In this document: piece by piece, positions 39,578 through 49,370 of the stretch
Layout: each line of letters begins with the position of its first letter
Position numbering within the stretch: position 1 is the stretch's first letter
Assembly (NCBI GenBank): GCA_963828525.1
Contig: CAWHEP010000001.1
Coordinates: forward strand, 143,092 to 207,091
DNA from: an uncultured Verrucomicrobiae bacterium
GTDB taxonomy: Bacteria; Verrucomicrobiota; Verrucomicrobiia; Chthoniobacterales; Chthoniobacteraceae
Reading direction: 5' to 3'
DNA: 64,000 nucleotides
Position numbers and translations under genes: made by a program
The notes under the pieces: model-generated
Databases searched by the model: none
What the model was told of the DNA's origin: nothing
The model's input: only the letters and a program-made list of their open reading frames with translations

Positions 39578-41595
39578 CCTTCCTTCAGCCGGCGGCGCTC
39601 GCCGCGTTGCCTGTCGCCGCGCTGCCCGTTGTTGTGCATCTCATCCACCTGTACCGCCGTCGCCAGGTGAGATGGGCTGCAATGATCTTCCTCCGCGCGG
39701 CGTTGCGGATGAACAAAGGCCTTTCGCGTCTGCGGCAGATTTTGATTTTGACATGCCGCGTTCTTGCGGTTGCGGCAATTCTCTTTGTCATTGCGAGGCC
39801 ATTGGCTGGCGGTTGGCTCGGGCTGACAGGCGGCGCGCCGGACACCGTTCTTATCCTGCTGGATCGCTCAGCCAGTATGGAGCAGCAGAACCTCGTTTCC
39901 GGCCTCACCAAACGGGTGGCGGGGCTGCGCAGTGTGAGCAAAGCAATTGGCGACGCCGTGGGGACCCGCTCACGTTTGGTGCTCATAGACAGCGCTCTCG
40001 AAAAGCCGATTCTCCTTCCGAGGGCGGATGCTCTCCTGGATCTGCCGCAGGCTGGCCCGACCGATACCGCTGCTGACATACCCGCGCTCATGCAGAGCGC
40101 TCTCGATTACATCACCAGGAATAAGACAGGCCGTACCGACGTGTGGCTGCTCAGTGATCTGCAGCGGACCGATTGGGATGCGTCCAGCGGCCGGTGGAGC
40201 AGCCTTCGCGCTTCGTTTGCCGCCTTGCAAGGCGTTCGCTTCCATCTCCTCTGTTACTCCCAGGCCGCTCCGGACGATCTTGGTATCTGGGTGGATCATG
40301 TCGCGCGGCGCGCAATGGGTGAAAAAGCCGCACTGCTGCTTGACATCAAACTCACGCGTCACGCCGCGCATCCGCAGCCTTTGGAAGTGCCGTTGCGCGT
40401 TGTCATCAATGGGGCCGCTACCACGCTGAGAGTGACGCTGAACCAAAATCAGCTCGTGATGCAAGCGTGCGCCATCCCCATCGACAAGGCGGTGAAGCGG
40501 GGATGGGGTTACGTTGAACTACCGGCTGATTCTTTCCCGGCAAACAATACCTTCTATTTTGTTTTTGATGATCCGCCTGTCCTCCGTTCCGTCGTCGTCT
40601 CCGATGACGACGAGATTTCGAACCCTCTGAGCGCGGCCCTTTCCGCGAGCGCGGATCCCGCTCGGCAGTACGCCTGCGCGGTTCTCGGCTCCAAACGCGC
40701 AGCGGAAATAGCCTGGTCTGACACCGCCCTCGTTGTCTGGAATGCGCCTATCCCAAAACCCGGGGACGCGCTGGAACGTCAGCTCAAGGAACAGGCCGCC
40801 GCGGGACGCGCGATTCTTTTCCTGCCTACTGAGTCCCTTGATTCAACTGCTATTTTTGGATTGCAATGGAACCAATGGCAATCCGCGCCAGGCGGGAAGC
40901 CTCTCTCGGTGGAGTGGTGGCGAAACGACGCGGGTCTCCTTGCTAACACACAGGATGGAGCCGCCCTGCCACTCGGAACACTCGAAGTCTCGCGTCACTG
41001 CGCCGTCGCGGGTGATGGCATCCCTCTCGCGCGCATTGAAGGAGGCGGCACCCTCCTTATGCGGTCCTCCATGGAGCAGGCGCAAGCCGTCTTTTTTATG
41101 GGGATTACCCCCGCGCCCGCTTCCTCAAGTCTTGCCCGCGACGGGGTGGTGATGTTTGCTTTGTTGCAGCGAGCGCTGAACCAGGGCGCCCAAACCCTGG
41201 GCAAAGCTCAGCAGCGACTCGCCTCTTCCGCGGCGCTACCTCCCGAAACTTCCAAGTGGCGCGCCATCCAACCCAAAAGCGACGCTCTTATGACCGAAGC
41301 GCTTCCTTTGCGGGCGGGCGTATTTGCTTCCGACGACCGGCTTGTCGCGCTGAATCGTCCACCGGGTGAAGATGCCCCGGAAACACTCTCGGCACAGATT
41401 CTCAACGAGACATTCGCCGGCCTTGATTTCACGGTGGTTGCCGACACGCTTGAAGAGGGACGCAGCCTGACGAATGAGGTGTGGCGCACCTTCCTGCTTG
41501 TGATGGCGGTCGCTCTTCTCGGTGAGGCGCTTCTCTGCATGCCACCACGCCGTTCTGTTAACCAGGGCAAGCCTCTCGCGTCGCCGGTGTCATGA
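39574..41595 (+). CDS. BatA/vWA-domain membrane protein
   Basis: N-terminal F..P..L...P...HL..(W.A..FL) BatA motif, DRSASM, LSD, C-terminal TM with W...L...E. Confidence 0.85.
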   Translation: MTFLQPAALAALPVAALPVVVHLIHLYRRRQVRWAAMIFLRAALRMNKGLSRLRQILILTCRVLAVAAILFVIARPLAGGWLGLTGGAPDTVLILLDRSASMEQQNLVSGLTKRVAGLRSVSKAIGDAVGTRSRLVLIDSALEKPILLPRADALLDLPQAGPTDTAADIPALMQSALDYITRNKTGRTDVWLLSDLQRTDWDASSGRWSSLRASFAALQGVRFHLLCYSQAAPDDLGIWVDHVARRAMGEKAALLLDIKLTRHAAHPQPLEVPLRVVINGAATTLRVTLNQNQLVMQACAIPIDKAVKRGWGYVELPADSFPANNTFYFVFDDPPVLRSVVVSDDDEISNPLSAALSASADPARQYACAVLGSKRAAEIAWSDTALVVWNAPIPKPGDALERQLKEQAAAGRAILFLPTESLDSTAIFGLQWNQWQSAPGGKPLSVEWWRNDAGLLANTQDGAALPLGTLEVSRHCAVAGDGIPLARIEGGGTLLMRSSMEQAQAVFFMGITPAPASSSLARDGVVMFALLQRALNQGAQTLGKAQQRLASSAALPPETSKWRAIQPKSDALMTEALPLRAGVFASDDRLVALNRPPGEDAPETLSAQILNETFAGLDFTVVADTLEEGRSLTNEVWRTFLLVMAVALLGEALLCMPPRRSVNQGKPLASPVS

Positions 41596-43796
41596 AGCCC
41601 GCCAGTCAGTCCCTCGTTTTTACCTGCGCCCCATGGTCCATCGCGGCGGGCATTGCATTCATATTCATCATAGCGTGCCTTGCATGGCTGGCATGGAAAC
41701 GCAGCGGATTCCGCAAAGCGACTCTTTGGCTTGAAGCGCTCCGCGTCCTTATGGCGGTAGGCATTGCCATCACCCTGAACCAGCCGGAATGGCGCGAAGT
41801 GTTCAAACCCGGATCCAAACCCAGTCTGGTGTTGCTTGTTGATTCCTCACGCTCCATGGAAACACGTGACGTCACCAATACCGCGGATACTGTAGCGGCG
41901 CCCCGCTCGCGGACTGACGAAGCGCGACCATTGATCAACCCCTCCCTGTGGAAGGATGTCGCCAATCGCATGGATGTCACAGTCGAGACATTCTCCTCGA
42001 GCCAGCAGCCGCCGGAGGAAGGCACGGACATCAACACCGCTCTCCTTCAGGCTTCCGCAAAGCACCCGCGGCTTGGCGCCGTCGTCCTCCTTAGCGATGG
42101 TGATTGGAACACCGGAGACACCCCGGCGGAAGCCGCCATGCGTCTCCGGATGCGCGATGTGCCCGTATTCACCGTCCCCATCGGCTCTGAGAGTCGCCTC
42201 CCTGATTTTGAACTCACCAGCTTCGACGTTCCCGCTTTCGCCGTCGCGGGCAAGCCGCTGCGCATCCCGTTTTCCATAGACAGTTCGCTCCCCCGGGACG
42301 AGCCCGCTGTGGTCGAAATGAAAACATCTGCCGGCGAGTTGATAACCAAGTCCGTCGTGATCCCGGCGATGAGCCGGTTGCAGGATGTCATCGCCTGGAA
42401 GCCGGATCGCCCCGGGGAGGTCACCCTTACTCTCACCGTTCCAAAATCAAACGGCCAAAAGCTCCTCCATAACAACAGCATCGAAGCTCCCCTTTCGATT
42501 CGAAAAGAGCAGCTTCACGTGCTGATTCTCGAAACATTTCCCCGTTGGGAATACCGGTATCTGCGCAATGCTTTGGAACGCGATCCGGGCGCGCAGGTCA
42601 ACTGCCTGCTGCTTCACCCCGATCTCGGCTCCGCGGGCGTCGGTCGCGGTTACCTCCGGTCTTTTCCCAAGGATGACGAAATGACCAAATACGATGTCGT
42701 CTTCCTGGGAGACGTCGGCGCCGGCCCCGGCCAGCTTACAAATGAACAATGCGGCGTTCTTCAAAAGCTCGTGCGCGACCAGGCCGCTGGCCTCGTCTTT
42801 ATGCCTGGTTTGCGTGGATACGAAGGCTCCTTGCAGGGCACCGCTCTCAGCGACCTCATCCCGATTGTTTGGGATGACGCGCAACCTCGCGGCTACGGCA
42901 CATCCTCACCCGGCAAATTCGCTCTCACGGAATTGGGTATGCGCAGTCTCCTGACGAAGCTGGAAGACACTGACGATGCCAATGAGCGGCTCTGGCAGTC
43001 ACTGCCCGGTTTTCAATGGTACGCGCCCGCGGCTCGGGCGAAAGCCGGTTCAGAGATATTGGCGACGCACGCCACCGAGACCAACCGCTTCGGGCGCATT
43101 CCCCTCATCGTCACAAAGACCTATGGGGCCGGTAAGATTCTGTTTATGGGCACTGACGGCGCATGGCGCTGGCGTCGTGGCGTCGAGGATAGATACCACT
43201 ACCGCTTCTGGGGCCAGGTTGTGCGATGGATGGCTTATCAACGAAACATGTCCCAAGGAGACAAGATGCGTCTCTTCTATTCGCCGGATCGGCCGCGCGC
43301 GGGAGCCGTCCTCAGCTTGAATGCGAACGTCACCAGCTTGGGCGGCGAACCGCTTCGCGACGGCGTTGTCATCGCGCAAATCACCGCTCCTTCTGGGAAA
43401 ACGGTGAGCGTCCGCCTCGCTCCAGCGGGCGAAGAGGCATGGGGCTTGTTCACAGGAATCTTCAATCCGACCGAGCCTGGCGACCACCGCGTGCGGCTCT
43501 CCTGTGCCGACGCTGGTTCCGCGTTGGACGCCATAATATCCGTGCAGGGCTCGGCTCGCGAAAAAATCGGTCAACCCGCCAAGTTTGACGTCCTCCGCGA
43601 AATCTCGAAACTGACCCGCGGCAGGATGCTCCCGACAGCCGATCCTGCGGCGCTTGCCGCCGCCATCAAGGCCCTTCCGCAACCCCAGCTTGAAGAGCGC
43701 CGGGTGCAACTTTGGGCGCGCCCCGAATGGGCGGGGTTCCTTGTCTTTTTACTCTGTGTGTTCTGGATTGGAAGGAAAGTCGCTGGAACTTTCTGA
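41592..43796 (+). CDS. vWA plus glutamine-amidotransferase-like membrane protein of the MoxR operon
   Basis: N-terminal TMs, DSSRSM, LSDG, PRWEYRYLRNAL.RD, G.G...WRWR...FW.Q..RW. Confidence 0.82.
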   Translation: MKPASQSLVFTCAPWSIAAGIAFIFIIACLAWLAWKRSGFRKATLWLEALRVLMAVGIAITLNQPEWREVFKPGSKPSLVLLVDSSRSMETRDVTNTADTVAAPRSRTDEARPLINPSLWKDVANRMDVTVETFSSSQQPPEEGTDINTALLQASAKHPRLGAVVLLSDGDWNTGDTPAEAAMRLRMRDVPVFTVPIGSESRLPDFELTSFDVPAFAVAGKPLRIPFSIDSSLPRDEPAVVEMKTSAGELITKSVVIPAMSRLQDVIAWKPDRPGEVTLTLTVPKSNGQKLLHNNSIEAPLSIRKEQLHVLILETFPRWEYRYLRNALERDPGAQVNCLLLHPDLGSAGVGRGYLRSFPKDDEMTKYDVVFLGDVGAGPGQLTNEQCGVLQKLVRDQAAGLVFMPGLRGYEGSLQGTALSDLIPIVWDDAQPRGYGTSSPGKFALTELGMRSLLTKLEDTDDANERLWQSLPGFQWYAPAARAKAGSEILATHATETNRFGRIPLIVTKTYGAGKILFMGTDGAWRWRRGVEDRYHYRFWGQVVRWMAYQRNMSQGDKMRLFYSPDRPRAGAVLSLNANVTSLGGEPLRDGVVIAQITAPSGKTVSVRLAPAGEEAWGLFTGIFNPTEPGDHRVRLSCADAGSALDAIISVQGSAREKIGQPAKFDVLREISKLTRGRMLPTADPAALAAAIKALPQPQLEERRVQLWARPEWAGFLVFLLCVFWIGRKVAGTF

Positions 43797-43875
43797 AGAG
43801 CTCGGCCACGAGGGGACGCGTCTTTCGTCGTTCAATGGTCAGCGCAGATCGAGCATACTGCGTTCACACTCGAGG

Positions 43876-44133
43876 CTAACTAGGCGCTGCCGCTGGCGGA
43901 TTCGCTGGCTTGGCTGGCGGGGGAAGAACCTTCTGTTCCAGTCGCCTGACCGTCAGTTCCAGCTTCTGGACGCGGCTGAAAAGCCGCTCCGCGAGTTTCC
44001 TGGTCTCGGCAGGGATTGTAACGCATTCCTCGCAATGGAATCTGGTGGCGAGGCACCCCTTTAGCGGGTATTCGAACTGTTTGCCGCATGCGCGGCAGGT
44101 GCGAATGCGGGTGGCGGGTTGAGGCTTCGACAC
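43876..44133 (-). CDS. Small putative Zn-finger/coiled-coil protein
   Basis: CRAC...HCEEC followed by a heptad-like helix. Lies 8 nt downstream of the Fe-S membrane gene. Confidence 0.55.
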   Translation of the reverse strand: MSKPQPATRIRTCRACGKQFEYPLKGCLATRFHCEECVTIPAETRKLAERLFSRVQKLELTVRRLEQKVLPPPAKPANPPAAAPS

Positions 44134-44141
44134 GGAATCAA

Positions 44142-45701
44142 CTATCGCTGCCGCTTTTCAAGGTCCCGCGTTGAACTCGTAACACCGCCGTCCATGAGGA
44201 GGCGGCGTTCCTTGGAACGTGTCTCACCGATCGCGGTGACGCGGATCGCCGCTTCATCGGTCACGGGGCACTCGTGCTCGCAAATGCCGCAGCCAATGCA
44301 TAAGGCGGGATCGACGTAGGGTCGGCGAAGGGTAATCTCGGTGCCGTCTCTCTTTGTAATAGTGACCTCTCGCGAGAAAATCGCTTTTGGCGACACCGGG
44401 CAGACTTCCTCGCACACCACGCAGGGAGTTTCCATACTCCACGGCAGGCAGCGACCGTGGTCGTAAAATGCGGTGCCCAAGCGGACAGGCCCTTGAGCGG
44501 CAAACTGGCCTACCCCGGTCTTTTCCTCGATGGAGATGCGTTGGATTGCTCCAGTGGGACAGGCATCTCCGCAAAGCGTGCAGTTAAGTTCGCAGTACCC
44601 AATCTTGTTATTCAGGATTGGTGTCCACATCCCCTCAAGCCCCGCTGCGAAAATGGCGGGCTGAAGCACATTCGTCGGGCACACGCGGATGCACTGGTCG
44701 CACTTGATGCACCGTTCAAGGAAGTCCTTTTCTTCTACCGATCCAGGCGGGCGAATGACTTTCTTGTCATAGTCCCGATCCTGCGCTCCGGAAGCCCGGC
44801 CAAATCCGAAAAAGCTGAACCCAGCAAGCATTCCGACGAAGGCGCGGCGGGCCGGAACAGCCGGCGCGGTGACCTCGTGGGCGAGCGGCGGCATGAACTT
44901 AAAGGATATGGCGTCCTCCGGGCAGTCCTCGATGCAGTTGAAGCAGACGAAGCACTCGCTCTTGCGGACTTGGGTGTGAGGATCCGAAGCGCCCTCGCAA
45001 TTCTTCAAGCACAGGTCACAGTCCACGCACTTGGAAGGATTTCGCTCGATCCGCCAAAGAGCCACCGAGGAGATGGTTCCGAGAAATGCTCCGAGTGGAC
45101 AAATGACCCGGCAGAAAAATCTCGGAATGACGACGTTCATGCCCACTAACAGGAAAAGCATGAATCCGATGACCCAAGCGCCTACATGGAAATACTGCCG
45201 CACGTAAAAGGATGAGGGCAGAACCAGGTTGATGGCTGGGAGGATCGCCGTGGTCATCGACCTGTGAAAGAGACAGATGGGATCCAGCAGGCCGATCTGC
45301 AGACTTCCGAAGCAGGCGGCGACAAGCATGGCCGCGAGGATTAGATACTTGATCTGATAGATGCTTCGATAGCGATTTGCCTCGATGCGAACCTTTTCAT
45401 CACCGCGTCCCTTTCCGAAAAGCCACCCGATGAAATGATGCAATATGCCGTAGGGACATATCCAATTGCAAAATATGCGCCCGAGCAATACGGAAGGAAT
45501 TAGGAGCGCCAGGCTCCAGAGCAACCCCTTGTAAATCGTGTGGGTGGTAATCGCGGTCGCTGTCGCGACAAGCGGGTCCAACTCCAGAAAGAGGGAGATG
45601 GGGTATCCTCCGAGATACCGCAGATCCGAGACAACGACGAAGAAGAGAAAAAGGCTAAAGAAAAAGACCTGCGAGACGCGTCGCGCCGTACGGATTTTCA
45701 T
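44142..45701 (-). CDS. Membrane polyferredoxin (NapH/MauN-like fused to NapG/MauM-like)
   Basis: TM helices, CNWICP and CRVICP motifs, multiple CxxCxxCxxxCP, RPPG. Confidence 0.9.
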   Translation of the reverse strand: MKIRTARRVSQVFFFSLFLFFVVVSDLRYLGGYPISLFLELDPLVATATAITTHTIYKGLLWSLALLIPSVLLGRIFCNWICPYGILHHFIGWLFGKGRGDEKVRIEANRYRSIYQIKYLILAAMLVAACFGSLQIGLLDPICLFHRSMTTAILPAINLVLPSSFYVRQYFHVGAWVIGFMLFLLVGMNVVIPRFFCRVICPLGAFLGTISSVALWRIERNPSKCVDCDLCLKNCEGASDPHTQVRKSECFVCFNCIEDCPEDAISFKFMPPLAHEVTAPAVPARRAFVGMLAGFSFFGFGRASGAQDRDYDKKVIRPPGSVEEKDFLERCIKCDQCIRVCPTNVLQPAIFAAGLEGMWTPILNNKIGYCELNCTLCGDACPTGAIQRISIEEKTGVGQFAAQGPVRLGTAFYDHGRCLPWSMETPCVVCEEVCPVSPKAIFSREVTITKRDGTEITLRRPYVDPALCIGCGICEHECPVTDEAAIRVTAIGETRSKERRLLMDGGVTSSTRDLEKRQR

Positions 45702-45725
45702 TCAGCTCTGGAGGGCTTAGCCCCG

Positions 45726-46752
45726 TTAGACCGTAACCTCTTTGTAGAGCGCTTCCTTCCAGTTCTTGTTGCCGAGTCCGCGGTCATGAGCCTTGTGGAT
45801 GTATGTCAACTCAGCGAGGTCACGCTCCAGCAGATGAGTATAACCATAGCTGTCCACGGCAACCATGTCCGTACCGGCCACCACGGTTCCCATCGGCTTG
45901 ACATCTGACAGACGCCCGCCAGTCGGACCGTTCTTCATGAGAACGTTCATGCCATCCAACACGACCAATGTTGGCTTCATCATCAAAGCAAAGTCCGAAA
46001 CGATACTGTGAATATGCTGATGAAACTGGTTGCGGCGTCCACCGAGCAGCCCGTACCAGTTCTTCATCGTCATGGACGCATGGCACAAGTTGTGGTCTTT
46101 GCACGGCGCCACCCCTATGACTTTGTTCGCTTTTTTGAAGGGCTCGTGGAAGAAAGTCCAGTTGCGGAGGATTTCCCCATTCAATTGCAAGGGCGAGAAA
46201 GAAGCTGTCTCGGGATACAGCAAGTCCAGGTTCAGGTCGTTGGCCACTGCCCGCAGGCCGCTTTTGAGGAAACATCCTGCCGGGCTGTTGATCGGGTTAT
46301 CCGCCACAATGACTTTCGAAGCGCCTGCTTCGAGCACCAGTCGGGCGACGGCGCGCAAAGCCTCGGGGTGTGTGGTCGCTGCCAGCGCGGGTGAACGGTC
46401 AAAAGCCACGTTTGGCTTCAGCATGACGATATCACCCTTTTGAATAAAACGCTGCATGCCTCCCAGAGCGCCAATTGCCGCGCGGATTGCTTTATCGTGA
46501 TCGTCGCCATGAGCAATTGCCATGGTCGGCAGAGTCTTTCCGCCATCCAGTTTGTAGCTAGGGAGTTGAAACCCTGTCTCCAGCCTGGAAGCCAGGTACA
46601 AAGGCATTGCGCTGCCAGAGCTTAAGGCCGGTAGCAACCGAACCCGCGGCGAGCGCGCTGGCCGCGCCAGCGCGTATTAGGAACTCGCGACGGCTGATGG
46701 TTTGCGCGTCTCCGTTGTCGCTGTTTTGACCGGGTTCCAATTTATCGTCCAT
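45726..46752 (-). CDS. Tat-signal DUF362 protein, split by a 1-nt frameshift near 46580
   Basis: ORF 46558-46752 carries SRREFL Tat signal, ORF 45726-46637 carries LKPN, THP, K.H, MKN.YG, D.VAVD. Removing one base in GCTGGAG joins them. Confidence 0.82.
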
Positions 46753-46791
46753 GAAAAGGTGTCTTTCTCGTAGCGGCAGCGTCTGTAGCGG

Positions 46792-47992
46792 TTACTTTAG
46801 CAAACCTTGCAGAAATTGCTCGACAAATCGTTCCGCTGTAGACTCGTCCGTTGAGTCAACAACGCCGCCAATCTCCCCGCCCCGCTGGAAAATGACCTTT
46901 GAAGTGCCGAAATTTTCCGCTTTGAACACTTTGGCGTTTCCCAACGGTGGCATCTCGGCGGCTTTTCCTCCAAAACGACCGCAGAATGCCAGGTAAGATT
47001 TCCACCCGTTCGTCGCGGCCTCCGGGGAAGTTGCCATAATAAAAAACGATACCTTCTTTCCTTCGAAGTTGTAGCTCGCTTGAAAGACGTTCTTCAGGAA
47101 GTCCTGCCCTTGAGCATCCTCCTGGATAAACGTGACGCTTTCTGGTATCAGTCCGGCTGAAGGGAGCCGCCTTCTGGCATCCAGTCCTCCATCATCGATT
47201 GGCAGCGCCTTGGCGCGGTCAAGCGCGACGGCTTTGGCGAGTTCAATCGTGCGAGGCTTCTGATCGGAGGCGATGATCTGCTCATAGACCGCTCCCTGTC
47301 GGAAGTAGAAACCCAATTCCCCGGAGTATCCATCCTTAGCGAAATCGATCTCCTTCCCATGAGGATCGCGTTCGAGCGCAAAGATGCCAAAAGCATTCGT
47401 GGGCGTGTCCATCTTGTATTCATAGACATCGATGAAACTTCCCCCAGATCCCTCGATCTCGAACGAGCGGCTGCGAAGCTGCTGAACGTTAAAGCCCTGG
47501 TAAGCGGGCGCTCGACCGTCGATCTTTTGAAAGAGTGTATCGGACGAATAAAACTCGGTGTCGGACATCGGTTTGAGACCGCCAACCGCGATGACGAGAG
47601 GATCGCCTTTTACCGGCGCGGCTGGGACTGAGCCTTCCTCTCCTTCCGAGGCTGGGGCGCTTTCCTGAGCGATCTTTGCCTTAGGCGAGGGAGTGGGCGG
47701 GGCTGTGTGGCTGCTTGGGGCGCCATCCTCTGCGGCGGTTCCAGGCCTTAGAGTCGCTGCCTTGCCGTCCACTGCGGCCGCCGTGGAACTAAGCGCGTCC
47801 GTCCTCAGGCTGAAAATATTCGGGTCGAAATGCCTGCCTTTGATGCCGACAGCCACTCCGATGCCAGCAATGAGGCAAACGATGAGAATGCTGAGGATTC
47901 GCTCGAACAGAGAGACCTTCGAGCGCGTAAACGAACTTCGGCTGCCCTTTCTTTTCTGAGGGGGCGCTGTAGAGCCTGGGGGGGGGCGGCAT
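46792..47992 (-). CDS. Membrane-anchored DUF6599-like protein, with the ATG out of frame across a 9-nt G/C tract
   Basis: Y..DTLFQKIDG.A..Y and IDVYEY.M.....AFGIFA.ER. The frame extends upstream through a TM helix (ILSILIVCLIAGIGVAVGI) to the tract at 47978-47986, 3 nt after ATG 47992. Confidence 0.7.
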
Positions 47993-48022
47993 TGCTTTCT
48001 GACTGCGTCTGCCCGCGAAACT

Positions 48023-49234
48023 TTACGCGAAATAACGCGAGGCTCGCCTCAGGATTTCAGGATAGTCAGTCCGAAAGGCGCATGCGTTGCGCAGAGCGGC
48101 AAGCTCACCATCGGACGCGTCGCGTCGCTCTGCGGGAAGCGCGAGGTAAGAGGCCTTGGCATCGAGGCTTCCATCCTGCTCATAGTAGGTGACGTATCGC
48201 GAGATATCATGGAAAGCCAGCGCGGAAACCGCGCTTTGTGCTTCACAGGCGGGGCAACCAGGGCACATCGTCCGCCGCCCTGCCAGGATCGTCTCCTTCA
48301 ACAGGTTCATGTGAGCCTGCTTCAAGGGGCGCTTGTATTCGCGCGCCGCCTTGCTGCTATTCTCCATCTGCTCGACATTATCAATGTTATTGCACACAGC
48401 GGAGATGCGCGGGTCGCTCCAAACGGAATGGAGAACGGCTTGGTGAACCGTGAGTCCGATTTTGTCAAACTCCGGCAGCCGTTTCGGAACGTCACTCGCT
48501 GTCCGCATGGTCTTCATCGCAACCAAGCCAATCCCTGCCTTGTGGCAGGCATCCAACGCGAGGTCGAAGCCATCGCCCTTTTGGAAGAAAGGGGTGTACT
48601 TCAGCATGATGATGTCCACAAACCCGCCCTGCGCCGCGGCGTTGAGATAATCCGTGAGCTGACCGTCGTGGCAGGAGAAACCGACCATTTTCACCTTGCC
48701 CGAATCCTTAAGCTGCGCGGCAACCTTTCTGAACGCGTCGCTTTTGGGCCATTCGAGAGATTGGGGCCCGTATTCACGCGGCCCAATTCCATGAATGTAA
48801 AATGCGTCGAGGTACTTGGTGCCGATAGCCTCCAGGCGCCGGTCGATCATCTCGAGCATCTGCTCTGGACCTTGATGAGGATGATCCTTTGATACGATGA
48901 AACACTCACTTCGACGCTGCGGATATTTAGCCAGCCAGCTTCCGAGGCGGTGTTCTGACTGCTTGCCGATATAGCAATCCGCATTGTCGAAGTAACGAAT
49001 TCCCATCGACCACGCGATGTCGAGATATTCGGGGCTGTAGGCGCTCATCATGCCGCCAAGGCTGAGCATCGTGACGCGCCGGCCTCCTTTGCCGAGTTGT
49101 CTGGTTGGAAGGGCGGTTGTTTCGGCGGTGTCCCCAGCGGAAGCTGGGCGCGAGAACGAGGGAGTCAAGGCGAGAGCCGCGGGAACCGCCAGGGCGGATT
49201 TGATGAACGCGCGCCGCGAGGGATGGTTGTTCAT
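48023..49234 (-). CDS. Tat-exported aldo/keto reductase with C-terminal Cys cluster
   Basis: SRRAFIK Tat motif, GIRYFDNADCY, SK, YIHG, GFSCH, AMK, C-terminal CPGCPAC...C. Confidence 0.88.
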   Translation of the reverse strand: MNNHPSRRAFIKSALAVPAALALTPSFSRPASAGDTAETTALPTRQLGKGGRRVTMLSLGGMMSAYSPEYLDIAWSMGIRYFDNADCYIGKQSEHRLGSWLAKYPQRRSECFIVSKDHPHQGPEQMLEMIDRRLEAIGTKYLDAFYIHGIGPREYGPQSLEWPKSDAFRKVAAQLKDSGKVKMVGFSCHDGQLTDYLNAAAQGGFVDIIMLKYTPFFQKGDGFDLALDACHKAGIGLVAMKTMRTASDVPKRLPEFDKIGLTVHQAVLHSVWSDPRISAVCNNIDNVEQMENSSKAAREYKRPLKQAHMNLLKETILAGRRTMCPGCPACEAQSAVSALAFHDISRYVTYYEQDGSLDAKASYLALPAERRDASDGELAALRNACAFRTDYPEILRRASRYFA

Positions 49235-49370
49235 AAGAGGAGTTGTTCGTGAAGAGTAGCAGAAGCCGGTCTTACGAACAAATCGAAAAGCTCGCTGTTT
49301 GCGGTGCAACCGCCTTTGGTTCTTGATTTGCGCGCCCTCCACGCTTTACTGCGGCGACACCCCGCCATCC

